Made by a program: the position numbers and the translations under genes | Source: Nageia nagi | Lineage: Eukaryota > Plantae > Pinophyta | Assembly (NCBI GenBank): GCA_050084985.1 | Contig: JBITNC010000001.1 | Coordinates: 5,642,001 to 5,706,000 of the forward strand | DNA length: 64,000 bases | Reading direction: 5' to 3' | Notes under the pieces: generated by a model | The model's input: only the letters and a program-made list of their open reading frames with translations | Told to the model about the DNA's origin: nothing | Databases searched by the model: none | In this document: positions 25,401 through 39,100 of the stretch, piece after piece | Layout of the letters: each line of letters starts with the position of its first letter | Position numbering within the stretch: the stretch's first letter is position 1

Positions 25401-27397
25401 CACACGTATCAACTTTCACTTTTTACATCAAAATGTATAACATAAATAAATTTTTGCAAATTATACAAAAAATCAATGATCTATAATTTGAAGTTGAAAG
25501 TTTAAAATAAATGAATGATAACCTTTAACAAAACTATAGAAACAAGAGGTAATGAAATTGATAGTTTGAAAAGAACAACAAAAGTTAGATGATGCACATA
25601 CAAACATCATGGATCTATTTAAGCTTATTGTAGATAAGGATAAAATAATTACTACACTCAACAATCAAATCCTATAGTTGAATCAATAAATGATAACACA
25701 AATCTTTAGGAGAAAGTCCCATACGTGAAAGTCTAGATCTCCTTTTGTCCATCAAAGTGTTGCCTGTAAGAAAGAATGTTAGGATTGTACTTAATTTTCA
25801 AATGAAACATATCAATGTACCTACTTTTTGTGCTATGAAATAAAAATTCTTTGCAGAAGAGAATTATAACCCAAAAATAGAAGTTGAATTTGACTCTTTA
25901 ATGAATTAATAAGTATTTAGTGACTTGGTGATTCATGGTGATTTGAACAAACATATATAATCTAGCGATTAACTAATGAACTTGGTGATTTAGAAGATAC
26001 TAAAGACACCATGACCACCCATTTTATGAATCACCACAAGTCTTAGTAGATCGTCATATCTCTACAGGCCATAGACCAACAATATATAAGCAGTGAAGAT
26101 AACAATTAAGAGAAAAATGCCAATCAAGAAGATATAGAAGTTGTTGAACCATATTAATAATAGGATAAAAAATATATTGGTGTACCATTATCTTATTTTG
26201 ATAGTATATCTATGTATTTTGTAAACTATTAATATAAGTTATAGCCCCTTTTAAATTTATTTTATTTAACATTAAATATTAAATATTCCCCATTCTTATT
26301 TGCTTTTTCTTGTTCTCTTTTGTAGGAAAGAACCCCAATGACCAAATTTATCCATATTGTTAAACTACTCAATAGTTCCATTACCAAGACTCCTACAAAT
26401 TAGAGACATGAGACTCTAATGGAATATTGAATGAAGGCTACAAAAGAACATTATTCAAACCATCTGTTTGATTGGTACAAGTTTGGTTCTCTAAGCAACT
26501 AAGAAATTTTAAAAAGTGGGTTATTCATTTAACCAAATTTAATAAATCAAAAGAAGCATAAATAATATTTGGCAATGGAAGCTACAAAATATTTTGCTGC
26601 AAATTTTCAAAGTTTCATTCTTGGATTTCAATATAACCTAAATTCGCTACTCAAATTGTAGTTCCTAAAATTAAGTGGGAAAAAGATACAATAGTCTAGT
26701 TAAGAAATTCATAATGATCTTAAACTAAAAAAATTAATGATTAGGTTCAAAATACTCTTGATAATTATACAACTGAATTTTCTCTTCAAGATTAGGTGTC
26801 TTAGGATGTAGGTAAAGAAATTTCTTTAGGGGACCTCGAAAGATTTTTTTAGATAATTTATCCTAGATCTGTAAAAGATATTTTATTAAGCAAGAGGTTT
26901 CCCTTGACACTTTCTTCTATGTGTAGGAAGAAAGGCATCATGGGATAGGTAGATAAACTAGGGTGATGAGGTTCAATTAAGAGATGTCAAGTATGAAAGG
27001 ATGTTATTCAAAAATAAGACTGGAAGAGACATAATGATTCAGATAAAAAGGCTACAAATAGTAGATATAAGAAGGAAGTTTATAGAAGTTAGAAGCTTAT
27101 TTTGAAATCAAATCAAGATGGGAAAAAAGATCACTGATAAACAAAGAGAAGAAGAATCAAGAAAAAAATATAGGGAAATGGTGAAGAAAAGAAGGAAGGA
27201 TGCATTTCTACATCCATGAACTATTTCATATTTTGAGCTCTAAGTTATATATATTCTCTAAGTTCATAGCTTATATCTCTAGAAAAAACTAGGTTGTAGT
27301 GAATGATAGATTGAACATTATTTGGTCTTGAATTAATAGGGAGTTTATTTCATAATTTAATAAATATGTTGTTAAATTCTTCAATCATATCATTATC

Positions 27398-27442
<45 letters not shown>

Positions 27443-28900
27443 GGTGAGTTATGTAAGTATGATTGTTCATTTTTATTTCCTCCATATTGTTTTCAAAACA
27501 AATCCTCCATATTATCATTTAAAGTTATGGAAGAGGCGAAAAGATAAAATAGTCTCAAAACAACATCTTCATATTCTACTTCTAGGGTTTATAAGGCATG
27601 CAAAAAATGCTTTTATGTGCTTCTCATTTGTAACAATATTATTACCTTGGAATATGGGCAAGTGCTTTGAGTTCTTCTTAAGTAAATAACGTAATTGAGA
27701 CTAAGCAATCAAATAAAATGCCCTTATATATTTTATCTCTACTTATCTACAACCATTTGTGAGATATGAATCATAAATATTTATGGATAAGTTATAACTA
27801 GGTTAGATGAAAATGCAGGAGTTGGAGCATTTTATGGTATTTGAATAATACTTTGATTAAGAGGATATGCTAAGAGATTACTTTTAATATGTTTGAATAA
27901 TACCTGAGAATTTGGAAGCTCTGGCAGTAGTGGTTAACCTCTTCTTTTGGTTTTAGCCAACTTTAAACACATTTCTCCTTCTGTGTTTAGATTAATGGAG
28001 TAACCAACACTCTGAGGAGTGTAATATACTATAGAGTCTAGGTTCCCTCAATCATGAAGCTAAGGAGTGTATCATTTTGTAGTAAGGATTTAACAAATAA
28101 GCTTATTCCTCCTCGAAAATAATGATAAAAAATATTATGATGGATTTAGGACCCTTTTAAAGCTTGTTTGAAATGTATGTCAATAGCCCTATTTTCCTCT
28201 TTTAATTAATTAAAATATAATCAAGCAATAAGGATCCCTTTTTAGGTTAATCTTAGGTTATCTGTTAATAACCCTAGATATTCAATGTAAATGCCTCAAA
28301 CTGCAATCTATATATGTTATTTTCTTTTCTTAGGGTTTGAAATTAATATATCAAAGATTAATTGGTAAAATAACAAAGTAAAATGTATTTTTTATATAAA
28401 AAAAATGGATCAAGGCACCAAGTATTTGCTAACAAACCAAATCAAGTAGATCAATGCCTATTATTCTAGATCCAAAGTGGCTATGGAGTAACACATTAAA
28501 TACTTAATAGTAAATAATATGAAAGTAATATTAAGTGGAAAGAACTTGTCTATATCATCTAAAAATTCCTTTATATATATTGATTAAATATAGGATGTTT
28601 GGCTTTTTATATCTCAGTTTGTGATTAGTTCAATATCCCTACAACTTTTGAGGTCATTGATACCTAGTTTCCCTGGTTTTCTCAATCATAAAAGTAAGGC
28701 TTCATATTCAATAACATTGTTAATACAAGGAAACTATAGCTTGTAAGGGATTCCCAAATAAATTTTTTATAACATCTTTTATTAAGACCCATACTTTATT
28801 ACGTGTATGAGAGTTTGCTCCATCAAAATGCATTGTTTATAGAGTACTTAATAATAAATATTCTATTTTGGCATCAACTTTGGCTTTGAGTTAAATATTT
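22480..28900. mobile_element. Highly decayed, unclassified retroelement-like debris
   Basis: CpG-scoured sequence with coding-like strand bias but no motif I can assign with confidence. Confidence 0.3.
27400..27442. repeat. (TTA)n microsatellite
   Basis: About 14 perfect units. Confidence 0.95.
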
Positions 28901-29492
28901 AGTTTATCTTATTCTATCAAATAATATGACAATAGCATGGGTGTATGCCAAAGTGAATAAACTCCATATACATAATTTTCAACATTTTCAATAACTTCCT
29001 TAATCATGTTTACTCACTAGACCAAAAAAGAATTTTAATGATGGTTTTAAACCATCACCTATTATATTTTTTGGTAGTTATCTGCATGTCACCTTTGAGC
29101 CTGCCACCAAAAGTTCCCTCTCTATGATAACAACTACACACTATTGATATATGGCGCATGAAATCACCTTTTAATATCACATAAAGGTAGTTATAAATCA
29201 TCGCTCTATTAACCAATGCAAGCAACTATAATTGCCCTCATAATTCCCTTATTATTTTTAAAAATTGGTGGTGTTAGTTATCACTTTATGGATACATGCA
29301 GTAATTTTAAATCGCTACATAGTTATCATATTTTTAAAAAAATAGGGTGTATCCTACAAGCATTATTTCAAATGGAAGAATGATTCCAAGCTACGTTGTC
29401 CTCAGTTACTTGAGGCACCCAAGCTCAATCATAGTGAGCCCAATTATGATATTGGCCATAAACTTCCGAAGGATGGCCCAATGGAATTGGCC

Positions 29493-29493
<1 letters not shown>

Positions 29494-29562
<69 letters not shown>

Positions 29563-29603
29563 ATATATATATGTATGTATGTATATGTATGTATGTATGT
29601 AAT

Positions 29604-29639
<36 letters not shown>

Positions 29640-29680
29640 GTATGTATGTATGTATGTATATATATACACACACACACACA
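29494..29680. repeat. Compound microsatellite (ATC)n(AT)n(ATGT)n(AC)n
   Basis: Direct inspection. Confidence 0.97.
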
Positions 29681-30879
29681 AATGATGAAAGATAAAGGCA
29701 TGTTCATGATCAAGTGCACCATATATGATATAAAAATATCCAAATTGCACTGACATATGATATGAAATTATATAATTACACCATATTGGTATGAAATGAT
29801 GCTACAATATCATATGATATGAAATGACAAGTCCATCATATGATATAAAATTATCTAAATGCACCAACATATGTTCATGATCAAGTACACCATATGATAT
29901 CAAATGATCTAAATACACCAACATATGATATGAAATGATCTAATCATACCATATTGGTATGAAATGATGTTATTGTACCGTATGATATGAAATTATTCAA
30001 ATATTCTCTCTAGTACTACTACTAGACTATTTCGATTTACAATCATCAAGTAGACACATCCACACAACCAAGTAGCATTTTTTGAAAAAAAATGAAATGG
30101 AACATAGAACCTGATAAATATGAATGCAAAATATGGATGATGCATGATGCAGACATAGTCTCATAGACTACAATGGTTAGAGGAAATGCAATTCATGGAT
30201 ACAACAAGTATTCCCTTAAATTTTGATATGATGAACCGCTTGGGAACCACATGTTTTTTCTGCATTTGTCTAAGTATTACAATCATATTTTTACCAACTT
30301 ATCACATGTCATAATTTATTTGTAAAAAAGTTATGATACATGTCATGCAATGAAGGAGCCCATAACATATTCCATTATTTTGGTACTTAGGGGAATTTGG
30401 TGTATTGGCGAGGCAAGATGAGAGGAGACAAGGTGCAAGTAGGTATTTCAATTCGTGACCTTGTAATATTCTTCCATAGTCCTTGAGCTTGTATTCTTCT
30501 ACATTCTATAATATATGTTCATGTTTTGAATTTTTCTACATTCTTTTAGAAAACTTATAAATCCTGCAAATATTGTAGACCATAAAATTATGTTTGTATC
30601 ATGCATTTTTTTAAACTTATTCTAGGTCTTGTGTATTTTACCACATGTTTCATGAGTCTGTGGACCTTTTTTGAAAACTTATTTTGTGTATCACATAATC
30701 ATTATAGACTTTAAAATTGTGTTTTAATCATGCATCTTGTAAAATAAATCTCAAGTCTTGTTTTATTCTTCCACATATTTTATGTGTCTATGGGCCTTTT
30801 TTCAAAAACCCCATTTTATGTATTATGTAATCATTACAAATTATAAAACTTTATTTGTGTTATGCATCTTGTCAAATAA

Positions 30880-31320
30880 ACCCATAACATCCAATTTACA
30901 AGTACCAAGTAGACACATCCACACACCCAATATAGGGTTTATGGGTATTTTGGCAATGAAGTTCAATACTCCCATAGCCTGCAAAAACCACAACATTTGA
31001 TTTACGAGCACTAAGTAGACACATCTACATATCCAATTTAGGGTTTATGAGTATTTTGAAAATGAAGTTAAAATCTTCCTTAAGATATCCTTCTTGAACC
31101 ATAACATTTGATTTACAAGCACCATGTAGACACATGCACACACCCAATTCAAGGATTATGGGTATTTTGGTAGTGAAGTTCAAATCTCCCTCAAGATAGC
31201 CTGCATAAACCACAACATTTGATTTACAAGCATGAAGTAGACACATGGACACACCCAATTCAAGGTTTATGGGTATTTTGGCAATGAAGTTCAAATCTCC
31301 CTCAAGATAACATGCATGAC
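30880..31320. repeat. Tandem repeat of about 105-115 bp (ACAACATTTGATTTACAAGCACCAAGTAGACACAT..GGGTATTTTGG); further copies at about 31705, 32080 and 33325-33515
   Basis: Four adjacent units are visible. Confidence 0.85.
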
Positions 31321-34300
31321 CAAGAAGGTCAACAATGCATGTATAATGATTAATCCTACAATTTCAAGATATGCATAAAATGAAAGACTTGTAGAGAATT
31401 TTAAGCAGATACAATTATTAGGTGTAAAACTGGATACATTATGAAACATTATACTTTAAGAAAGTATCATTTCATATCACATCATGCATCTTGTGAAATA
31501 AATATTAGGCCTTATGTATTGTTCATATTTTGCATACATGTATATTAGATTAGTCACAACCATAATATTCAAGGCAAAATCATTTTCAACTACTCTTTGA
31601 TGGATGTCCATACCTTCTTCTAGAGCTCATATTTTGCATACATGTCTATGGGCCTTGAGTATTGTTCCACACTTTGTATACATGTCTATCTAGGAATTCA
31701 AAACCACAACATTTGATTTATAAAGCACCAAGTAGCCACATCCACACACCCAATTCAAGATTTATGGGTATTTTGGCACCTTAACTCAATCAAAGTGAGC
31801 CAAATTATGATGTTGTAAATGGGCTACCAAAGGATTCATCATTTATATATATGTAAATGATGAAAGATAAAGGCATGTTCATAATCAAGTGCACCATATG
31901 ATATAAAATGATCGAAATGTACCAACATATGTTCATGATCAAGTGCACCATATGATATAAAATAATCCAAATGCATCAACATATGATATGAAATTATCTA
32001 ATTACACCATATTGGTCTGAATGATGTTATTTTACCATATGATATGAAATTATTTAAATATGCTCTACAATACTGCTACTACAACATTTGATTTATAAGC
32101 ACCAAGTAGATACATCCACACACATATTAGAAGCATTTTTTGAAAAAATGAAATGGAACATAAAATTGATAGAAATGTATGCAAAATATGGAAGATAAAT
32201 GATGCATACACATTTTCATAGACCTCAATGTGGAATACGTATTGTGTAAACACAATTTCATATCATATGTCATAATTTATTTGTATAAAAGTTATGATAT
32301 AGGCTAGGAAAGGAAGGAATCCACAATATGTTCTATTGTTTTCATCTCATCATTTTGTATATACAACTAAACATCCACTTAGGAACCACATATTTTTTCT
32401 ATGTTTGGCTAAGTATTACAAGTCAAGCAAAGAAGGAACCCACAACATGTTCTATTATTTTTGAGCACTTGAAATGTTTTCATCATTTCAAGTTTTTTGA
32501 GTTGAGGGTTGGAGGAGAGAGGTACATTTAGACCATTTCATATCATACATATAGTGCACTTAGCATTTGGTGTATTGGCGATACCAAAGAGATGAGGCTA
32601 GACTAAATGAGGGGATACATGGTGAGACCAGAGGATACAAGGTGAGATGAGGGGAGATATGGTATAAAGTATTTTTCTTCATCTTATATGCCTATGTCTA
32701 TAGGGAAAAAGAATCTCATATCATATAGTACAGTTGTAATTGCCTCATCCTATTGCAAACTCTACAGTTTAAGCATCTAGTTTGGTTGTGTAAAATTATG
32801 AACAATGTTGAAGCATAATGATGATATATCTGTTGAGATCTTATAAATGTAGCTAACCCTAAATTTTCTAATTCATGTTATTTTGTATAGATTATACATG
32901 AGAAAAGACATTGAACCTTTATATCTTTTTGTACTTATTATAGAGGTAAGCAACATAGCATATAAAATATGATAATGTAGATAGAATTGTTAATAGATAG
33001 CATCGATTAACAATTATGCATGTATCATTATCATACTTATCATAGTGGTTTTTCATAAGTTAATACTTATAGTCATGTCATTATTGTTTATAATTTGCAA
33101 GTCTAAAAAGAGCACCAAGTATGTCATTTTTCATCATGCATCTTGTAGACTGTAAAAATATGTTTTCATCATGCATCTTGTAAAATAAATCTCGAGTCTT
33201 ATTTTATTCTTCAACATATTTTATGTATCTATGGGTCTTTTTTCACAAAACCCATTTTATGTATTATGCAATTATTACAAACTATACAACTTTATTTGTG
33301 TTATGCATCTTATCAAATAAACCCATAACATTTGATTTACAAGTACCAAGTAGACACATCAACACACCTAATTCAAGGTTTATGGGTATTTTGGCAATGA
33401 AGTTCAAAGCTCCCATAGCCTGCACAAACTACAACATTTGATTTATGAGCACTAAGTAGACACATCTACATATCCAATTCAAGGTTTATGGGTATTTTGG
33501 AAATGAAGTTAAAATTTACTTTAAATTTAAATTTACTTTGGGACTATCAAAATTTGAAGACCTTCATTTCCATAAAGTGATTCTAAATAAATGATACCAT
33601 AAACCATTTACTTGTTAGTTCTAACCCTAGAATTATCATTGATATAATAGCAAATTGCTCACCATTGCCTATGGTAATTTGGCTTACAATCATAAGAAAA
33701 AGGGGAAAATGAGACAAGGTTAGACTCAAAAAGGGGTTATAACCCATTTTAAGGTAATTACTTAGTAAACCCTCATTCAAACAGGTAGAATATGATCATT
33801 ATTACTAATGATGGTATTAGCCTAAACCAAGAAATAACAAAATCCTAAACGTTAACAACATACCCACCTTGCATTCAAGTTTCAAATAAGAAATTAATGC
33901 ATAGAAAATATGGAATTACCACTTTAGAGATGATAAAGAGGTGAATCAGATAGTCCTCTAAATGAAAGGCAAAGTTAGGATAACAGAGATGAGGTGTTGT
34001 CGCACTGTACTTCCAAAGTAATGATGCCTCCCATATCTAGCCTCGATAGTCCCCTTTCATTATAAAGAAAACCCTATTTATATTCCTTATTGAGATGTTC
34101 TTGTGAAAGGATAAACACATCACATAATTAATGCCTATTATCTAGAACTCCATAATTTTATGTAAGATTCTCAAATGTCTAATAAGATGAACATAATTTA
34201 GAAGTAGCATGGATGAGGACCTTGAATCATTGGAAGAACCTCTAGCCATTATTACACCTCATTCTAAAATATTGCAACACCATTCAAATCAATAATGTTA

Positions 34301-36107
34301 GCATGCTCTAAGTTACCTCAATGCCCTTCATCAATATTCCTTCTCCTCTCTCATCTTGCCAATACACAAATGTCCCTCTCTCATCCAACCCCTCCCCCTC
34401 GGATCTCATTTGGTATCTCATCTCCTCTCTCATCTCTCCAATAAACCAAATACCCTTCTCTCCTCCAACCCTTGAGGTAAAAAAAATAAAAAAAAAATCA
34501 TGAAATTCCAAGTCCCCTTATGTGCCTTTTTTTACTTTTTCTTATTTTCACTAAGAAGCGGATTTTTGCCACCCTAGAAATATTTTTGGGGACAAGGAAA
34601 AACCAACCCAACAAAACCACTACTTAATAGAAAAAATAGAGGTGGTTAAAAATTGCCACAACAAAACCACCTCAACATGCTTGCCCCTAAAGCCCTTTTT
34701 TTGGTCTAGCGGTTGCATTACCTTATTGCTTTACCTCAATTGAAAGTTTGTAATAAGGATCTCTTCTTAGTATAGTTGATTATTAATTAAGCATAGGAAT
34801 AATAACATATGACTAGTACATTTATATGGCTCCTCCTATTAATATTTCCCAACACCTAGATACTAATAGTGAAAAATAAGGTTATAATTATACCAAAAAT
34901 AAGGTTATAATTATACCATCATCACATCCATCAATAACCTTTTTCTAGAGTGTTGATCCAAGTAAAAATGGATGTGTTTAATTACTCCAACATAATGCAC
35001 ACTTCTACTATCCATGATTGAAATAAGAGTATGATCACCAATACAAACCAAATATAACATGTTTGCAACTTATTTTGGTATTTCATTTATGGATGCATCA
35101 TTATCGAACATGCAATTATGAATGATATAGTGATTATGGTGATAATTATATCTTAAATATATATATAGAATAATTTATCATAGGAAAGGGCCTTTGATTT
35201 ATAAGTGTTAATTTTATTTCCTAGAAACATAACTTTTTGCTCTAAGAATGTGAATGTTTTGCATACTTGATCTCTATACGTAGGTACAATCATCAACTTC
35301 TCCAAAGTAACTACTACTTTTTGTTTTTCCATCTCAAATCCAATATCAAACAAGGATTTTCTATAATTAGTTAGTTTTTTTCATAAAGCTCTCTTCATGA
35401 GGTACAAAATCTTTGTGTGCTTCTTTTCTTTTCATTATTTGATAATCAAGATTATATTTTATAGTATTGTTAATGCTAGGATCATTTTTAGATATGTTGT
35501 GATTGCTTTGATCATGAATAACTTTGTTTTGTAATTTTGCTATCATAGCCCACCTTATGGACCATAGTATCAATATACTCATAACTTATGTTATGATAGA
35601 AATATGGACCTAGTTGTTGTATGATGGCCATAATTGATGTTTTGATTTATGATGGATTGTTTCTACTATGATGCATATTTTGCTATATCATTGCTTGCAT
35701 AAATATTATTGATAGTGTGTGATTTACAAGACATGATTGGTTGGGATGATGTTGGAGATAATGATCAAATGCATTGATAATCATCTCCATGGATGCTATT
35801 TGGTATCTTTATACTTCATCTTGCATAACACAAATTTATATTTCAACATAAATTTTCATAAGGTCTAAATCATTGCTCGAATCATGATTACATGAACAAT
35901 TTAAAAAATTAAACTTATGACATAGATAATTAGTATATTTAAATCATTTGCATTTCATACTACACATAAGAAAATCATCTTATGTATCACAAGACTGCGA
36001 TCTTAAACATAAAATGACTTCTTAATATTTCATATGCATATTTGGTAGTGCAAATAGATTTATTTTATGGTTGATGGTTCATGGCATATCTTATAACTTG
36101 TTATCTA

Positions 36108-36141
36108 ATATGTATGTATGTATGTATGTATATATATATAT
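36108..36141. repeat. (TATG)n(TA)n microsatellite
   Basis: Direct inspection. Confidence 0.85.
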
Positions 36142-39100
36142 AATATTATATTGCATTATTATATAATACTAGTACTGTAAATATTTTGTAATCTTGCAAG
36201 AATACATTGGAAAGCATTTATGATTCATATTTATAAGAGCTTCAACATGGTATCCAAACATGAGGTTTGCATAAGCATGGAAAAGTGGTTATTATATTTT
36301 ATATATCTCATTCCTATATTGATCATATACTTTTAAGCATTATTACATGGCATTTGCTGTTAAATACTTCATTTTTGCATATCATGTGAAATACCACTTT
36401 TACACATGAAAAATATCATTCTGTTTAGATCATCTTGTAAATTACACCATTGGAATCATCATAGTTGCATATGATACCATGAACAAGCTGCATTAATTAT
36501 TATCAGATATGCATGATAATAAAAGAAAGAAAGAGGTTTTTGACATGAGTATAATATTTTGTACTATCATAAGAAGTTGGCATTTGCTTTCTATCATTAA
36601 GAAAATAAAAGTATCATGAATACACATAAAACCCTAAATTACATAAGTGAAAAAGTCAAGCCTATTATGGTTCCCTTAGGTCAAAGAATGAGTGTTCAAC
36701 CTACAAAATGAAAAGGCAAGCTTAGTGGATTGTAGGAAAAATAAAAAAATAAAAAAGGAAGAAATAAAATTTCTAAGGCCTTGTATCTCCTAAAAATCCC
36801 TAACACCTAAGAAACTAAGGTAAATACCAAATAACATAAGCTAAATTAAAATCACTAAGTCCTAAACCTAACCTAGACACTACATTATGAAATAAACTAA
36901 TTAAAACCTAATCTACCCACCTTCTAAGCACTACATCTTTACCAACCTAATGTATCACTACATGTAAAGGAGTCAAGGGAATGAGTGATGGTCTAAGGCC
37001 TATCTTAAATATTGATACCCTGGCCATCATTAGATTGAGGGAAGTTAGTGTGAGGAATTAATCTACTTGCCAATCTGTGTAGGGATCACATGATGAGGTT
37101 TGATGTGGATGAACCACAAGCATTAGATACAAAAACTTAGTACATTGAAGAATGCTCTCAAATTAGGTGTAGAGGATGTTGGGAAAGTATTTCTAAAACC
37201 CTAGGATAATGTTGGCCATGTTTTTCTAGTTTGAAACCCTTACCATATCATGATAAAAAATATTCCAAGGAGCTTGGACACCATGAAAGATAACTAGAGT
37301 TGTTTATGCCTCATTATGATGATTTATGGCCTTTGAAGATAAGAAAATCATGGCCAGGATAGCCATACGCCTTCATCATCATGATTTGCTTATTTAATAC
37401 TCTACAACTCATCTAAGAAGCAAAGCAAGCTCATTAAGAGTAAGTATGGGGTATCTCATCATTCAATTAGTTGGTGAACTTGCTATGTTTAGTAACATGT
37501 TATCTTTTTATGGCCTACTAGGTTTGGAAAATCATGGGTTAAATGGGGACCTACGTTTAGGTTATGGGCATGCAAACAAAAGGAAAGGAGCAATGAGAAT
37601 AGATTGGAGTTTAGAGTGTTCAATTTTCCTTCACTTTAAAGTTAGTTCATTCCTTTCAAGAAAAATGGCATGGACATTGAGTTATTAGAACGCCGTTGTT
37701 ACAAATAACTTTGGATATAAGTTTATATTATCTACACTTTAATATTTGAATGAATGGTTCAAAAACTTGTAATACTTCTTTAAAAATTCATATGGTTGTA
37801 GCTTTAATTCATATGGGTTAAGGGAATATTTATAATATTCTTTGTAAACTCTCTACTAATACTACAAAGTTGAAAATGACTATTAGGTAGTTTGTAACCT
37901 TGTTTAAATCATTTATCTATGACATGAAAACTAGTTTGACCCCTGTAACATTATATTGTATAACATTTAAACAACATCGAAGGAAATTAATGCTGAAATA
38001 ATTAAAAAATTTCTAAGGTTATTATTTAAACTTGATAGAGTGAAATAGGTTATGATTATGCCTATAACATAAAAATGAGTTCGTCCCTATGACATTATAC
38101 TATTTATTGTTAAACAAATTTGAAGGTAAATAATGTTTGTAAATGTTTATGGGCTTCTTGTTAAACTTGATAATGCGAATGAGTTATGAACATAAACATC
38201 TATCTACAACAAAAGAAAATGCCATACTATTTTATTGACAAGTAATATTAAGAAACAAATTTAGGGATTTGTAAGGTACTTGTTGAACCTAGAAACCAAT
38301 TGTGTAAATTCTATTATTATCTAATTGATTTGATATTAAAACAAATACTCGAACCTTATTATGTAATCAATATAGTACTATATTAAAAGCAAATCAATAT
38401 GTGATCAATATAAGGTAATGAATTTGTATTATATAAGCTTCACTCTAAAGGAGTACATGAATTATAGGTATTACATAGGGATTCTTGTATAAACTTAGTA
38501 ACTATTTGGATAAAATAAAATGTTACCTACATTGTTCCAAATACAAAAAAATGGATATGCTTCTGTAAACAATAATTGTTAGGTGTAGGGCAATAAACTT
38601 GTAAAATAAAATATTGTTACAAATTAGAAAGTTTCCCAAACTTAGTATTTATAAGAATAAATGACAATTGTAGAATGTTGTGGTTTAACTATTCATTTTG
38701 TAGTATTAAAAGCAAAGCAATAAGCCAAGTTTATTTGGATTATGGTTTTAATAAATATGTATTTTTTCTTTATTTATAATATGATTTGTTACAACAAAAC
38801 CTGTCAGTTGCAATATACATTGAGTTATTCTTGCTAGGAAAAATATATGAAAAATTGGTATTTTGTAGGGTTCCTATCTAAACTTAATAATTAGTTGGGA
38901 AACATAGTTATACTTTCTAAGTCATCCAAGTATGGAAGAAATAATGTTTCATCATCTGCAATTGATATTGTGAGTTTTTAATATTAAATAAAGAGGTGTA
39001 GAATAAAAACTTATATAGTTAAATATATATTACTCCAAGTTTATAATATTACATAGAATTACAAGATTTAGGGAGCATATGGACAAATGACACTTCATAG

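Larger units (their letters stand above)
29015..34711. mobile_element. Non-autonomous CACTA (En/Spm) element, 5.7 kb
   Basis: TIRs CACTAGACCAAAAAA (29015) / TTTTTTGGTCTAGCG (34711). 3-bp flanks ACT / GTT (transitions). Short subterminal repeats of the AAACCACC type. The interior is tandem repeats with no transposase seen. Confidence 0.78.

Noticed and set aside
27366-27689. Poly-Ile membrane-like ORF
   Set aside because: Translation of (ATT)n.
26330-28900. Possible LINE ORF1/ORF2 remnant
   Set aside because: Coding-like texture only; no endonuclease or RT motif could be read.
29347-29753. Poly-His, poly-Asp and IY-repeat ORFs
   Set aside because: Translations of the compound microsatellite.
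34712-35900. Possible PIF/Harbinger transposase remnant split by the CACTA
   Set aside because: Only a vague NFQL-like match; not supportable without an HMM search.
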